DNA of 32,000 nt, taken from Acaryochloris marina S15. Its GTDB lineage: Bacteria > Cyanobacteriota > Cyanobacteriia > Thermosynechococcales > Thermosynechococcaceae. Location of the stretch: NCBI RefSeq assembly GCF_018336915.1, contig NZ_CP064923.1, positions 3,030,001 through 3,062,000 of the forward strand. The letters are read 5' to 3'. The notes beneath the pieces were generated by a model. It did not search any database, had not been told where the DNA came from, and saw only the letters and a program-made list of their open reading frames with translations. The position numbers and the translations under genes are program-made. This document shows positions 24,487-32,000 of the stretch, piece after piece; the stretch's first letter is position 1; each line of letters begins with the position of its first letter.

Positions 24487-25398
24487 ATGGGGACTCAAGA
24501 CTCGGTAGCCTCAACGGATGATTTTTTAGAATATCGGTCGCTTTTGTTTGCGATCGCATATCGGATGCTGGGCACCGTTATGGATGCCGAAGATATGGTG
24601 CAGGATACATTTCTCAAATGGCAAACCGTATCAAAATCTCAAGTACGGTCTGCCAAAAGCTATCTCACCACCATCATCACCCGACTCTGTATCGATCGCT
24701 TGCGATCCGCTCAAGTTCAGCGAGAGCAATATATTGGCCCCTGGCTTCCAGAACCAATCGTCACCGATCTCTCAGCCGATCCCCATCATCGAGTTGAACT
24801 GGCTGACTCCTTAACAATGGCCTTTTTGGTCATGCTAGAACGGCTCTCCCCAATCGAGAGAGCCGTTTTTCTATTACGAGAGATCTTTGACTATAACTAC
24901 GACGAAATTGGGCCAATCGTTGAGAAAAGTGCCGTTAATTGTCGTCAAATTGCTCGCCGAGCCCGTCAACAAGTAACCAAACCACGACCTCGATTTTCGT
25001 CTTCCCCCGAACAGCACCAGCAGCTTACCCTGAAATTTATGCAGGCTTGCCAACAGGGAGAGATGGAGGGCTTGCTGCAATATCTAGCTGATGATATTAC
25101 CCTCTGGTCCGATGGCGGAGGGCATGTAGTTGCAGCCCTCAAGCCCATTCAGGGTGCAGCCAAAGTAAGCGGATTCCTCCGTGCCATCCATCGGTATCAA
25201 CGCAAATTGGGCCAGATCTCAGCCCTCAATCTAGTTCAGGTCAATGGCCAAACGGGGATTCAGTTCTCGATCTCAAACAAAGTTGAAACGATTGCTGTCT
25301 TAGAGACGCTAGGGCACAAGATAACTTCGATCTTTTTTATCAGAAATCCTGAAAAACTGAGGTTAAAGCAAGCCCATCATGCAAGCAGTCTTCATTGA
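24487..25398 (+). CDS. ECF sigma factor, ECF41 (SigJ-like) type with fused C-terminal SnoaL-like regulatory domain
   Basis: Region 2 (YRSLLFAIAYRMLGTVMDAEDMVQDTFLKW), the GPWLPEP linker and region 4 (LSPIERAVFLLREIFDYNYDEIGPIVEKSAVNCRQIARRAR). An extension of about 110 aa ends with NPEKL, comparable to the NPDKL motif of ECF41. GGAG lies 7 nt before ATG 24487. The 90 codons upstream in the ORF track are read-through and not part of the gene. Confidence 0.85.
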   Translation: MGTQDSVASTDDFLEYRSLLFAIAYRMLGTVMDAEDMVQDTFLKWQTVSKSQVRSAKSYLTTIITRLCIDRLRSAQVQREQYIGPWLPEPIVTDLSADPHHRVELADSLTMAFLVMLERLSPIERAVFLLREIFDYNYDEIGPIVEKSAVNCRQIARRARQQVTKPRPRFSSSPEQHQQLTLKFMQACQQGEMEGLLQYLADDITLWSDGGGHVVAALKPIQGAAKVSGFLRAIHRYQRKLGQISALNLVQVNGQTGIQFSISNKVETIAVLETLGHKITSIFFIRNPEKLRLKQAHHASSLH

Positions 25399-25584
25399 GA
25401 AAAATTAAAAATCTCAAGCAAAAAGGTCAATAATGAAGAATAGATTATTTAAGATGTCTTTTACTACTCATAGGTAATATATTCTATGAGGTGATTAGAA
25501 TACATTGACAAATTACTCAAACAGCGAAAAATCAATCCGTCACTAACAGTAGGTAAAAGTTTTTAGTCAATCTCTGGGGGAACT

Positions 25585-25839
25585 GTGACTGACCTGCATA
25601 TCAATGCTTTGGATTTGGCAATGGCTGGGAAATGGCATGAAGCACATGAATTGGTAGAGCATCAATCAGACCAAACATCTTGCCTAATTCATGGCTACTT
25701 ACATCGTGTCGAAGGAGATTTAAGCAATGCCAGATATTGGTATCGGCGTGCTGGAGAAGGTATGCCAGATAATACTTTGGCCGAAGAATTAAGGTGTTTA
25801 CATAAGGTCATTTATTCCACTCAGCGACAGCAACGATAG
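25585..25839 (+). CDS. Small conserved hypothetical protein (84 aa)
   Basis: GTG start after a GGGGGA tract. The sequence looks helical (GKWHEAHELV...IHGYLHRVEGDLSNARYWYRRAG), a pattern I recall from widespread small bacterial proteins of unknown function. Confidence 0.4.
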   Translation: MTDLHINALDLAMAGKWHEAHELVEHQSDQTSCLIHGYLHRVEGDLSNARYWYRRAGEGMPDNTLAEELRCLHKVIYSTQRQQR

Positions 25840-25861
25840 CACCTGTATTCCAGTCTCGATT

Positions 25862-26211
25862 CCAATAAGCCAGGTGCCAGCCACTTTAGCCTGGACTATA
25901 GCCGCTTACATTTCGACTATTACCCAACTCTCAAACAATGTTGATTGTGCTTTTACCCTTCATATAGCCGACGACGTTCGACACACCATAATTCAGCGGA
26001 ATACTCTGATCAGCCTATATATAGGAGGTAGGAGCCGGTATCAGGTGCCTTCTCTTCTATCACACTCACCTGATACCGGCTCCTATCATGAAGCCCTGAA
26101 CCAAGCAATAACCTATTCCTGGCCATAAATCTGCTTCTTGCGATATTGAGCATAAAAAATCACATGACGATTGTATTCCCAAACCGTATGAGATAGCTGG
26201 CGGCATGACAT
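25862..26211 (-). pseudogene. Decayed IS200/IS605-family tnpA (Y1/HUH transposase) relic
   Basis: Three minus-strand segments lie in different frames and resemble IS200 TnpA. SHTVWEYNRHVIFYAQYRKKQIYGQE* (26211-26113) compares with SLAHTRWNCKYHIVFAPKYRRQAFYGE. VIEEKAPDTGSYLL compares with ILEAECCADHIHMLL, so the HUH motif is lost. QSIPLNYGVSNVVGYMKGKSTINIV*ELGN (from 26008) compares with IPPKMSVSSFMGYLKGKSSLMLYEQFGD. There are at least two frameshifts and two stops. Confidence 0.65.
26029..26085. repeat. Perfect 19-bp inverted repeat (hairpin, 19-nt loop) inside the tnpA relic
   Basis: TAGGAGCCGGTATCAGGTG at 26029-26047 is the exact reverse complement of 26067-26085, verified base by base. 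Confidence 0.8.
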
Positions 26212-26475
26212 TCTGTCTCCTTTGATAAAATTAAAGAAGACTTTTTTACCGCGTTATAGGTTGAATCTGACGATTTCAGAGTTCTTAGTGCAGGATTACA
26301 GACAATCGTTCGGTCTTACATAGATTTGGGATTAGCAGATTAATCAGGTATTTTGATCTCTGCAATCATCTCGACTATAGAGGAGCAAGCCGATAAAAGC
26401 CTCCCTTATCTAGTCCGTAATCGTCTCTAATGAGGAGGACTTAGCAAAAAAGTCGAAGAAAACGCTTCTGATGAG

Positions 26476-26751
26476 TTAAGAAGCAGCAGCTTCGGATGAG
26501 CCATCCCAAGGATCTTCAACAAAAGTGACCTTAGAAGGATCTGTTTCTTGAATTAACTTCATTGCCATTAATTCTTCGATTAACTCAACCAAAGTCTCTA
26601 GGGAATTATTGGCTTTAATTAAAAGTTGTTGAAAGGTTGCATTGCCTTTTTGTTGAGCAATGAATTGTAAAAGCTGAAGGGCAGGTTCACTCACATCCTG
26701 GTGAACAGTGTAGCGAATATGGGTCAGTGAGGAAAGTTTGCTCCGGGACAT
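26476..26751 (-). CDS. Hypothetical small protein (about 91 aa)
   Basis: The ORF looks coding and helical (ALQLLQFIAQQKGNATFQQLL...LVELIEELMAMKLIQ). No family is recognised. It is divergent from the DEAD-box helicase gene. The start is ambiguous between 26763 and 26751. Confidence 0.4.
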   Translation of the reverse strand: MSRSKLSSLTHIRYTVHQDVSEPALQLLQFIAQQKGNATFQQLLIKANNSLETLVELIEELMAMKLIQETDPSKVTFVEDPWDGSSEAAAS

Positions 26752-27238
26752 GCTAGTCTCCAATAATCATCTGCTAAGGGCTCAATTATGCCATTACTAA
26801 AAATGGCATTCTCTATCCTTAGGATGCCCAAAGTTCATAGCGATAATAAAGTCAAAAACAAGATTGTTCTAGGCTAACAACCATTCCCATTTTTAATCTA
26901 ATACGGTAGTTTTCTATTCCATATTTAGCGGAATCCTCAAGCACAAGGTTCAACCATTCTATCCAATGCAGTCATCCTAGTGATTGCTCATTGGCTAGAA
27001 ATGGATTGGCATACAAGAGGATAGCCTTTATATCCATGACATTGGACCTATTTCAGAACTATATCGTTTATGATGGTTAGGTCTTCTGTAAGCTAGTGAG
27101 TTGGGTCAACCCGTCGCCACAAGCTGGCCCAGACTTCCATAACTGCGTCCGGGGTATAGCAATGTACCTCCGTTGTCCCTATTCCTTGATCTGATGTGAT
27201 GCTGTCAGGCCTGGTTACCTAACCTTTTTAACTTCCCT

Positions 27239-28963
27239 ATGTCACAACCTACCCTTTCTCGGTTTGCCGATCTTGAGATCGCACCACCGTTGCTGCAAGC
27301 CGTTGAAGAAGTCGGCTATGAGTCCCCTTCTCCGATTCAAGCCCAGAGTATTCCACCTTTATTAGCAGGCCGTGATTTACTAGGCCAAGCCCAAACAGGA
27401 ACGGGCAAAACGGCAGCCTTTGCTTTACCCCTGCTGAGCCGACTGGATCTATCCAAAGCCCATCCTCAAATCTTAGTTTTAGCGCCTACCCGAGAATTAG
27501 CGATTCAGGTGGCAGAAGCAATGCAGACCTATGCTCGCCATCTTCCTGGCTTTCATATCGCCACCCTGTACGGTGGCCAAAATATCAGCACCCAGCTCCG
27601 ACAACTCCGTCGCGGGGTTCATGCAGTTGTGGGAACACCCGGACGACTGATCGATCACCTTCTGCGGGGCACACTCAAACTAGACAACCTCTCAACTATT
27701 GTTCTAGATGAAGCCGACGAAATGCTGCGCATGGGCTTTATCGAAGATGTTGAGAAAATCCTAGACGCAACACCGAAAGGGCGGCAGGTCGCTCTATTCT
27801 CCGCCACGATGCCCTCTGCGATTCGACGAGTGGCTCAGCGACATCTCAAGGATCCCGTCGAGATTCAAATCAAGTCGAAAACTGCCACCGTTTCGACGGT
27901 AACCCAACGCTATTGGCAAGTTCGAGGCCTCAGCAAACTCGATGCCCTAACCCGCATCTTAGAAGTTGAAGACTTTGAAGCAATGCTGGTCTTCGTTCGC
28001 ACCAAAGTTATGGCAGCCGAATTGGCTGAGAAACTAGAGGCTAGAGGTTACTCCAGTGCGGTCCTCAGCGGCGATATTAGCCAGCCTTTACGGGAAAAAA
28101 CTATTGAACGGATCAAGGCCGGTCGTTTAGACATCATCGTGGCCACGGACGTTGCTGCCCGAGGGTTGGATGTCGAACGGATTAGCCATGTGATTAATTA
28201 CGACATTCCCTACGATACAGAAACCTATGTCCATCGCATTGGTCGAACAGGGAGAGCGGGAAGACAAGGGGATGCCATCCTATTTGTGTCTTCTCGGGAA
28301 AAGCGGATGCTGCGGTCTATTGAGCAGGCCACCCGCCAGCCTATTCAGCCGATGCAAATCCCTAGTCATGCAGATATCGCCGATCGTCGGATTGTTCAAT
28401 TCAAGCAGTTGATTACTGACACCATAGAAGATCAGGATCTAGGTTTCTTTGAAGATCTGATCTCCAATTATCAGCAGGAGCAGGACTTGAACTTGCGAGA
28501 AATCGCTGCCTCCCTAGCTTATTTAGTGCAAAAAGATAAGCCCTTGGTCCCCCCCAAAGAAGATTTATCGTCAGATGCGGGTCATGCCGTTCAAACCAGT
28601 AACTGGGCCGCAGATTTGGGTAAACCCTCCCATCAACAGATGCAGCTATTCCGCATTGAGGTGGGCCGCCAACATGAGGTGAAGCCGAAGAATATCGTGG
28701 GTGCGATCGCAAATGAAGTTAACCTCGCTCCTCGCTATATCGGTCAAATCAAATTGTTTGATACCTTCAGTACGGTATATCTGCCAGAATGCATGCCAAA
28801 ATCTGTTTTCCAACATCTGAAACAGGTCAGAGTCCGGGGACAGAAGCTGAATATTAGTTTGTGCGATAACGAAGAACGGTCTAGAAATCGCTCAGCTAAA
28901 CCCTCCCACAAGGGTCGAAATAAGAAGCATGCCCACCGTAAAGCAAAGGCCGGGAAAAGCTAA
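27239..28963 (+). CDS. DEAD-box ATP-dependent RNA helicase (DeaD/CsdA-like, with DbpA-type C-terminal RNA-binding domain)
   Basis: Q motif (FADLEI...SPSPIQ), motif I AQTGTGKT, PTRELA, VLDEADEMLRMGF, SAT and HRIGRTGRAGRQG. The C-terminal part has LFRIEVGRQHEVKPKNIVGAIANE and a basic tail. Confidence 0.9.
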   Translation: MSQPTLSRFADLEIAPPLLQAVEEVGYESPSPIQAQSIPPLLAGRDLLGQAQTGTGKTAAFALPLLSRLDLSKAHPQILVLAPTRELAIQVAEAMQTYARHLPGFHIATLYGGQNISTQLRQLRRGVHAVVGTPGRLIDHLLRGTLKLDNLSTIVLDEADEMLRMGFIEDVEKILDATPKGRQVALFSATMPSAIRRVAQRHLKDPVEIQIKSKTATVSTVTQRYWQVRGLSKLDALTRILEVEDFEAMLVFVRTKVMAAELAEKLEARGYSSAVLSGDISQPLREKTIERIKAGRLDIIVATDVAARGLDVERISHVINYDIPYDTETYVHRIGRTGRAGRQGDAILFVSSREKRMLRSIEQATRQPIQPMQIPSHADIADRRIVQFKQLITDTIEDQDLGFFEDLISNYQQEQDLNLREIAASLAYLVQKDKPLVPPKEDLSSDAGHAVQTSNWAADLGKPSHQQMQLFRIEVGRQHEVKPKNIVGAIANEVNLAPRYIGQIKLFDTFSTVYLPECMPKSVFQHLKQVRVRGQKLNISLCDNEERSRNRSAKPSHKGRNKKHAHRKAKAGKS

Positions 28964-29158
28964 ATCCGTCATCATTTCCTTGTCCCTTTCGCCCCGTATA
29001 ACGACTAGAGTTCAGAGCGAGAGGGACTAAGGAACAGCCTGGATCCGCACAACACTCAAACATAGCCTCGGTTTATTTTCCTAAACCCAGGGAATAGGGG
29101 AGTCTGACCTTATAATAGTTCTACAGAACTCGACGAGAACACATCCGACCTCTACTAT

Positions 29159-29521
29159 ATGTTTGCTTTAAGCGGCTACGAATATCTATTAGGTTTCTTA
29201 CTACTGTGTAGCTTAGTTCCACTCTTAGCCCTCAGTGCGTCCAAAGTCCTTCGTCCCAGTAATCAAGGGGCTGTTCGGCGAACAACCTATGAATCTGGCA
29301 TGGAGCCTGTGGGTGGAGCTTGGATCCAGTTCAATATTCGCTACTATATGTTTGCCCTAGTCTTCGTCATTTTTGATGTAGAAACGGTTTTTCTCTATCC
29401 CTGGGCCGTAGCATTCCATAAACTAGGTGTTTTAGCCTTTATCGAGGCCCTGATCTTTATTGCCATCCTGATTGTGGGTTTGGTTTACGCCTGGCGAAAA
29501 GGAGCCTTGGAGTGGTCCTAA
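29159..29521 (+). CDS. ndhC: NAD(P)H-quinone oxidoreductase subunit 3 (NdhC / NuoA)
   Basis: A 120-aa, 3-TM protein with [19 protein letters not shown] and [11 protein letters not shown]. Confidence 0.9.
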   Translation: MFALSGYEYLLGFLLLCSLVPLLALSASKVLRPSNQGAVRRTTYESGMEPVGGAWIQFNIRYYMFALVFVIFDVETVFLYPWAVAFHKLGVLAFIEALIFIAILIVGLVYAWRKGALEWS

Positions 29522-29596
29522 TGAAATCGGATATTCCCTCTTCTTCTTTCTAAAAACTTCTTCTTCATTTTCTAGTGCATATCAAAGGAGCAAACG

Positions 29597-30145
29597 GTGG
29601 CAGAGTCCTCTCCCGAATCAACGCAAGACGAACAATCTGTTGCAGAAGAACAAGCAGCACCCATTATTGAAGCAGGTCCTGTCGCCAAACATCTGACCCA
29701 AGCAGGTTTCACGGTTGAAGCCTTGGGAGCCGATCATCTCGGCATAGAAATGGTCAAAGTGACTGCTGATCAGCTCGTGGATGTGGCTACGGCTTTGGTC
29801 GATGACGGCTATAACTATCTCCTGTGCCAAGGCGGATATGACTCAGGGCCAGGCCAAGATTTAGTCAGCATGTACCATCTCTTGAAGCTCAGCGACAATG
29901 CTGAACAACCTCCCGAAGTCAGAATCAAAGTCTTTCTGCCTCGAGAAGATCCTCGCGTCCCCACTCTGTATTGGGTGTATAAAGCCTCTGACTGGCAAGA
30001 GCGTGAGTCCTATGACATGTATGGCATCATCTACGAAGGTCATCCAAACCTGACTCGTATCCTTATGCCTGAAGATTGGGTGGGTTGGCCGTTGCGTAAG
30101 GACTATATCAGTCCAGATTTCTACGAACTTCAGGATGCCTATTAA
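29597..30145 (+). CDS. ndhJ: NAD(P)H-quinone oxidoreductase subunit J (NdhJ / NuoC)
   Basis: AAGGAG lies before the GTG start. [39 protein letters not shown] is the NuoC/NdhJ signature. Confidence 0.9.
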   Translation: MAESSPESTQDEQSVAEEQAAPIIEAGPVAKHLTQAGFTVEALGADHLGIEMVKVTADQLVDVATALVDDGYNYLLCQGGYDSGPGQDLVSMYHLLKLSDNAEQPPEVRIKVFLPREDPRVPTLYWVYKASDWQERESYDMYGIIYEGHPNLTRILMPEDWVGWPLRKDYISPDFYELQDAY

Positions 30146-30169
30146 ACTCACTCAAACGTTATCTGCTAA

Positions 30170-30210
30170 AAGAAAAGGCCCTACTAAATTTAGTAGGGCC
30201 TTTTCTTTTT
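30170..30210. terminator. Bidirectional rho-independent terminator between convergent ndhJ and inositol-phosphate synthase genes
   Basis: A GC-rich stem GGCCCTACT/AGTAGGGCC (30177-30200) is preceded by AAAGAAAA and followed by TTTTCTTTTT. Confidence 0.75.
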
Positions 30211-30228
30211 ACAAAACCAAGATTTTCC

Positions 30229-31332
30229 TTAGTCTTCCCGACGACCTGCAATAAAGTCTTCGGTCATGTCATAGGCTTCTTGATCCGTGAACTGCTGAGG
30301 AGGATGCTTCATAAAGAAGGATGAGGGGGAGTGGAGAATCCCACCTTTCTTAGCTTTCAGCGCTAGTTTGCAGCATCGAATTGCATCAATAGAGACGCCC
30401 GCAGAATTAGGAGAGTCTTCCACAGACAAGCGCAGTTCTATGTTCATGGGAACATCGCCAAACAGCTTCCCTTCCATACGAATAAAACAGACTTTATTGT
30501 CTTGCTGCCAGGAGACATAGTCACTTGGCCCCACATGAATATCGTGATCGTCTAGGCGATCACCTAATACTGCCTGAACCGCTTCGGTTTTCGACTCTTT
30601 CTTCGAGGCCAGGCGGCTGCGATTAAGCATATTCAGAAAGTCTGTGTTGCCACCTGTATTGAGCTGGTAAGTCCGCTCTAACTTCACGCCACGCTTCTTA
30701 AATAAGTCAGATAGCGTGCGGTGGGTAATGGTGGCACCCAGTTGGGCTTTAATGTCATCTCCAACAATGGGAAGATTATTTTGCTTAAACTTTTCGGCCC
30801 ACAGAGGATTGCTAGCGATAAAGACTGGAATGCAATTGACAAAGCCGACGCCTGCATCAATTGCACATTCAGCGTAAAAGTTCGTCGCTTCTTCCGAACC
30901 TACGGGTAAATAGTTGACGAGAATCTCGGCCCCAGAGTCTTTAAGGCTTTTGACAATATCTGCTTTAGAAGGTTCTGCTGCCTGACTAAGAATAAACGTA
31001 TATTCAGGCTTGTGATCGCTCATATGCTCAGAGAAGCCATCCAAGATTTTACCCATAGAGACTTTGACACCACTATCGGGAAGGTCTGAGCAAAAGACAG
31101 TGGTGCAGTTAGGTGCAGAAAAAATAGCTTTAGAGACATCCTGACCAACTTTGCGTTCGTCAACATCAAAAGCCGCAACGACTTCTATATCGTGGGGTTT
31201 AAACCCACCAATGTCCCAATGCATAATGCCAATGGCGTCTTCAGGGCTTTTGGTTTTGTAATACTCAATCCCTTGAACCAGGGAGCTTGCACAGTTGCCA
31301 ATCCCTATTATCGCTATCTTGATCTTTTCCAC
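30229..31332 (-). CDS. myo-Inositol-1-phosphate (inositol-3-phosphate) synthase, bacterial/archaeal type
   Basis: N-terminal Rossmann IKIAIIGIGNCASSLVQGIEYYK, plus GDDIKAQLGATITHRTL, NTGGNTDFLN and SKKESKTEAV. GTG start with AAGGAG upstream. Confidence 0.85.
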   Translation of the reverse strand: MEKIKIAIIGIGNCASSLVQGIEYYKTKSPEDAIGIMHWDIGGFKPHDIEVVAAFDVDERKVGQDVSKAIFSAPNCTTVFCSDLPDSGVKVSMGKILDGFSEHMSDHKPEYTFILSQAAEPSKADIVKSLKDSGAEILVNYLPVGSEEATNFYAECAIDAGVGFVNCIPVFIASNPLWAEKFKQNNLPIVGDDIKAQLGATITHRTLSDLFKKRGVKLERTYQLNTGGNTDFLNMLNRSRLASKKESKTEAVQAVLGDRLDDHDIHVGPSDYVSWQQDNKVCFIRMEGKLFGDVPMNIELRLSVEDSPNSAGVSIDAIRCCKLALKAKKGGILHSPSSFFMKHPPQQFTDQEAYDMTEDFIAGRRED

Positions 31333-32000
31333 TAAAACTTATCTCCTTCGCAGAATTTAGGGTTTCGAGCAACCTGTTTGTTATCCAACCAAATGGCCGT
31401 AATGTAAAGCCCATCACCTAATAATTTTGATGGCAGCCAAACAGATACATTCTTTTGCGAAAAACTGCATAGAGCCGATCGCTGCAATCCCTGAATATCA
31501 ACAACTTTCTGGTGAAACAGTTCAAGATTCTGATGAAAACATCCTTCCCAGGTAAATACAACGACAAAAGACTAAAACAAATGTTCCAACAGCCAAGGTT
31601 CCTATGGGATAAGAACAAAATTTGGGTTGGATTCTCGCTTTAGTCTAGGTCCAGCATGCCAAGGAGGAAGATCAAATCTGTTCACCTAGTATGTTAGGGG
31701 ATAACGATCTAGCGCATATCCCTGCACTCTACTAGAAGATAGTAACTTAGCTTTCACCATTCGTTAACCGGAGTTAACCAAAAACCTATGGTAAACCGAA
31801 GAGGTACAAAACAGAAATAGATTTTTCAGGTGTTGGTAGGGTTTCCTCATCCTTTGGCGGAGGCTAGTCTTCTGGGGGTGAGGTGGAATGAGTTGAAGAT
31901 CACACTGCTGTAGTGTGTCCAGTTGGTGGAGAAGGGTTGAGTCAGTCCGGGCCAGGGCAAGGGGTATACAGGTCCGATTTCTCTGACATGTGTCGCATAA

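Larger units (their letters stand above)
22678..24508 (+). pseudogene. Small 4-TM membrane protein gene split by IS insertion (halves 22678-22848 and 24290-24508)
   Basis: Removing the IS and one copy of the 8-bp duplication joins ...AALLIW to RQRVQWALTV... in frame. The result is a 129-aa protein with four hydrophobic segments. The start is 8 nt after the CMD stop, and the 3' end overlaps the sigma gene start by 22 nt. Confidence 0.7.

Noticed and set aside
25874-26128. 84-aa plus-strand ORF
   Set aside because: It is antisense to the IS200-type tnpA relic, has no RBS and no recognisable protein features. It is probably a shadow ORF.
29472-29696. 74-aa ORF bridging the ndhC-ndhJ spacer, considered as a possible ndhK remnant
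   Set aside because: It overlaps both real genes out of frame. It is Ser/Lys-rich and low-complexity, and has no NuoB-like motifs or cysteines.
31418-31618. 66-aa minus-strand ORF upstream of the inositol-phosphate synthase gene
   Set aside because: It is AT-rich with a Cys/Phe/Leu-biased composition, and has no RBS and no family resemblance. The region is better treated as non-coding.
31944-31952. AGTCCGGGC, identical to the core of the RNase P RNA P4 strand (GGAAAGUCCGGGC), preceded by a small hairpin (31901-31917)
   Set aside because: The flanking sequence lacks the GAGGAAAG context, the P3-P4 spacing and the downstream GGUAACGCC-type elements. A 9-nt match is compatible with chance.
1-32000. 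Search for CRISPR arrays, rRNA genes, prophage blocks or multi-gene defense or toxin-antitoxin loci
   Set aside because: I saw no regularly spaced direct repeats and no rRNA-like sequence. I also found no clustered phage or defense signatures. The only repeats found are the LRR codons, the 360-bp duplication, the IS ends and the HIP1 sites.

Overview
The window is a cyanobacterial chromosomal segment. Support for this: 10 copies of the HIP1 palindrome GCGATCGC, ndhC/ndhJ, an EcaA-type alpha-carbonic anhydrase, and TPR/CHAT and DUF4330-type genes. I call about 30 protein genes, one tRNA-Arg(ACG), one intact 1.43-kb IS element, one decayed IS200-type tnpA, and a bidirectional terminator. Most of the window is housekeeping backbone: corA, rhomboid protease, phosphohexomutase, glycogen-debranching-family enzyme, ecaA, coaBC, moaC, a DEAD-box helicase, ndhC-ndhJ and myo-inositol-1-phosphate synthase. 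The stretch from about 19.3 to 26.3 kb looks accessory and is the most interesting part. (1) There is an ECF41-type sigma module. It has an exact TGTCACA-N16-CGTC promoter, an AhpD/CMD gene, a small 4-TM membrane gene translationally coupled to the sigma gene, and a sigma factor with a fused C-terminal domain. A recent IS insertion with an 8-bp target duplication splits it, and removing the IS restores the membrane gene in frame. (2) A diverged 360-bp tandem duplication covers the leader and first 63 codons of a two-domain glutaredoxin-like gene, and the upstream copy has CxxC changed to SxxS. (3) An orphan R2K-like ATP-grasp gene lies convergent to a GIY-YIG-like gene. (4) An IS200-type tnpA relic contains a perfect 19-bp hairpin. 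Elsewhere there are several further oddities. An exported LRR-TPR-CHAT protease sits next to a secreted DUF4329/JAMM-like protein. ndhC and ndhJ are adjacent with ndhK missing between them. There is a SecD periplasmic-head-only protein, a membrane-anchored degenerate GGDEF protein, and a pilin-like domain behind a lipoprotein signal. I see no CRISPR array, no rRNA and no clear multi-gene defense locus. All family assignments come from motifs read by eye and need HMM or BLAST confirmation.
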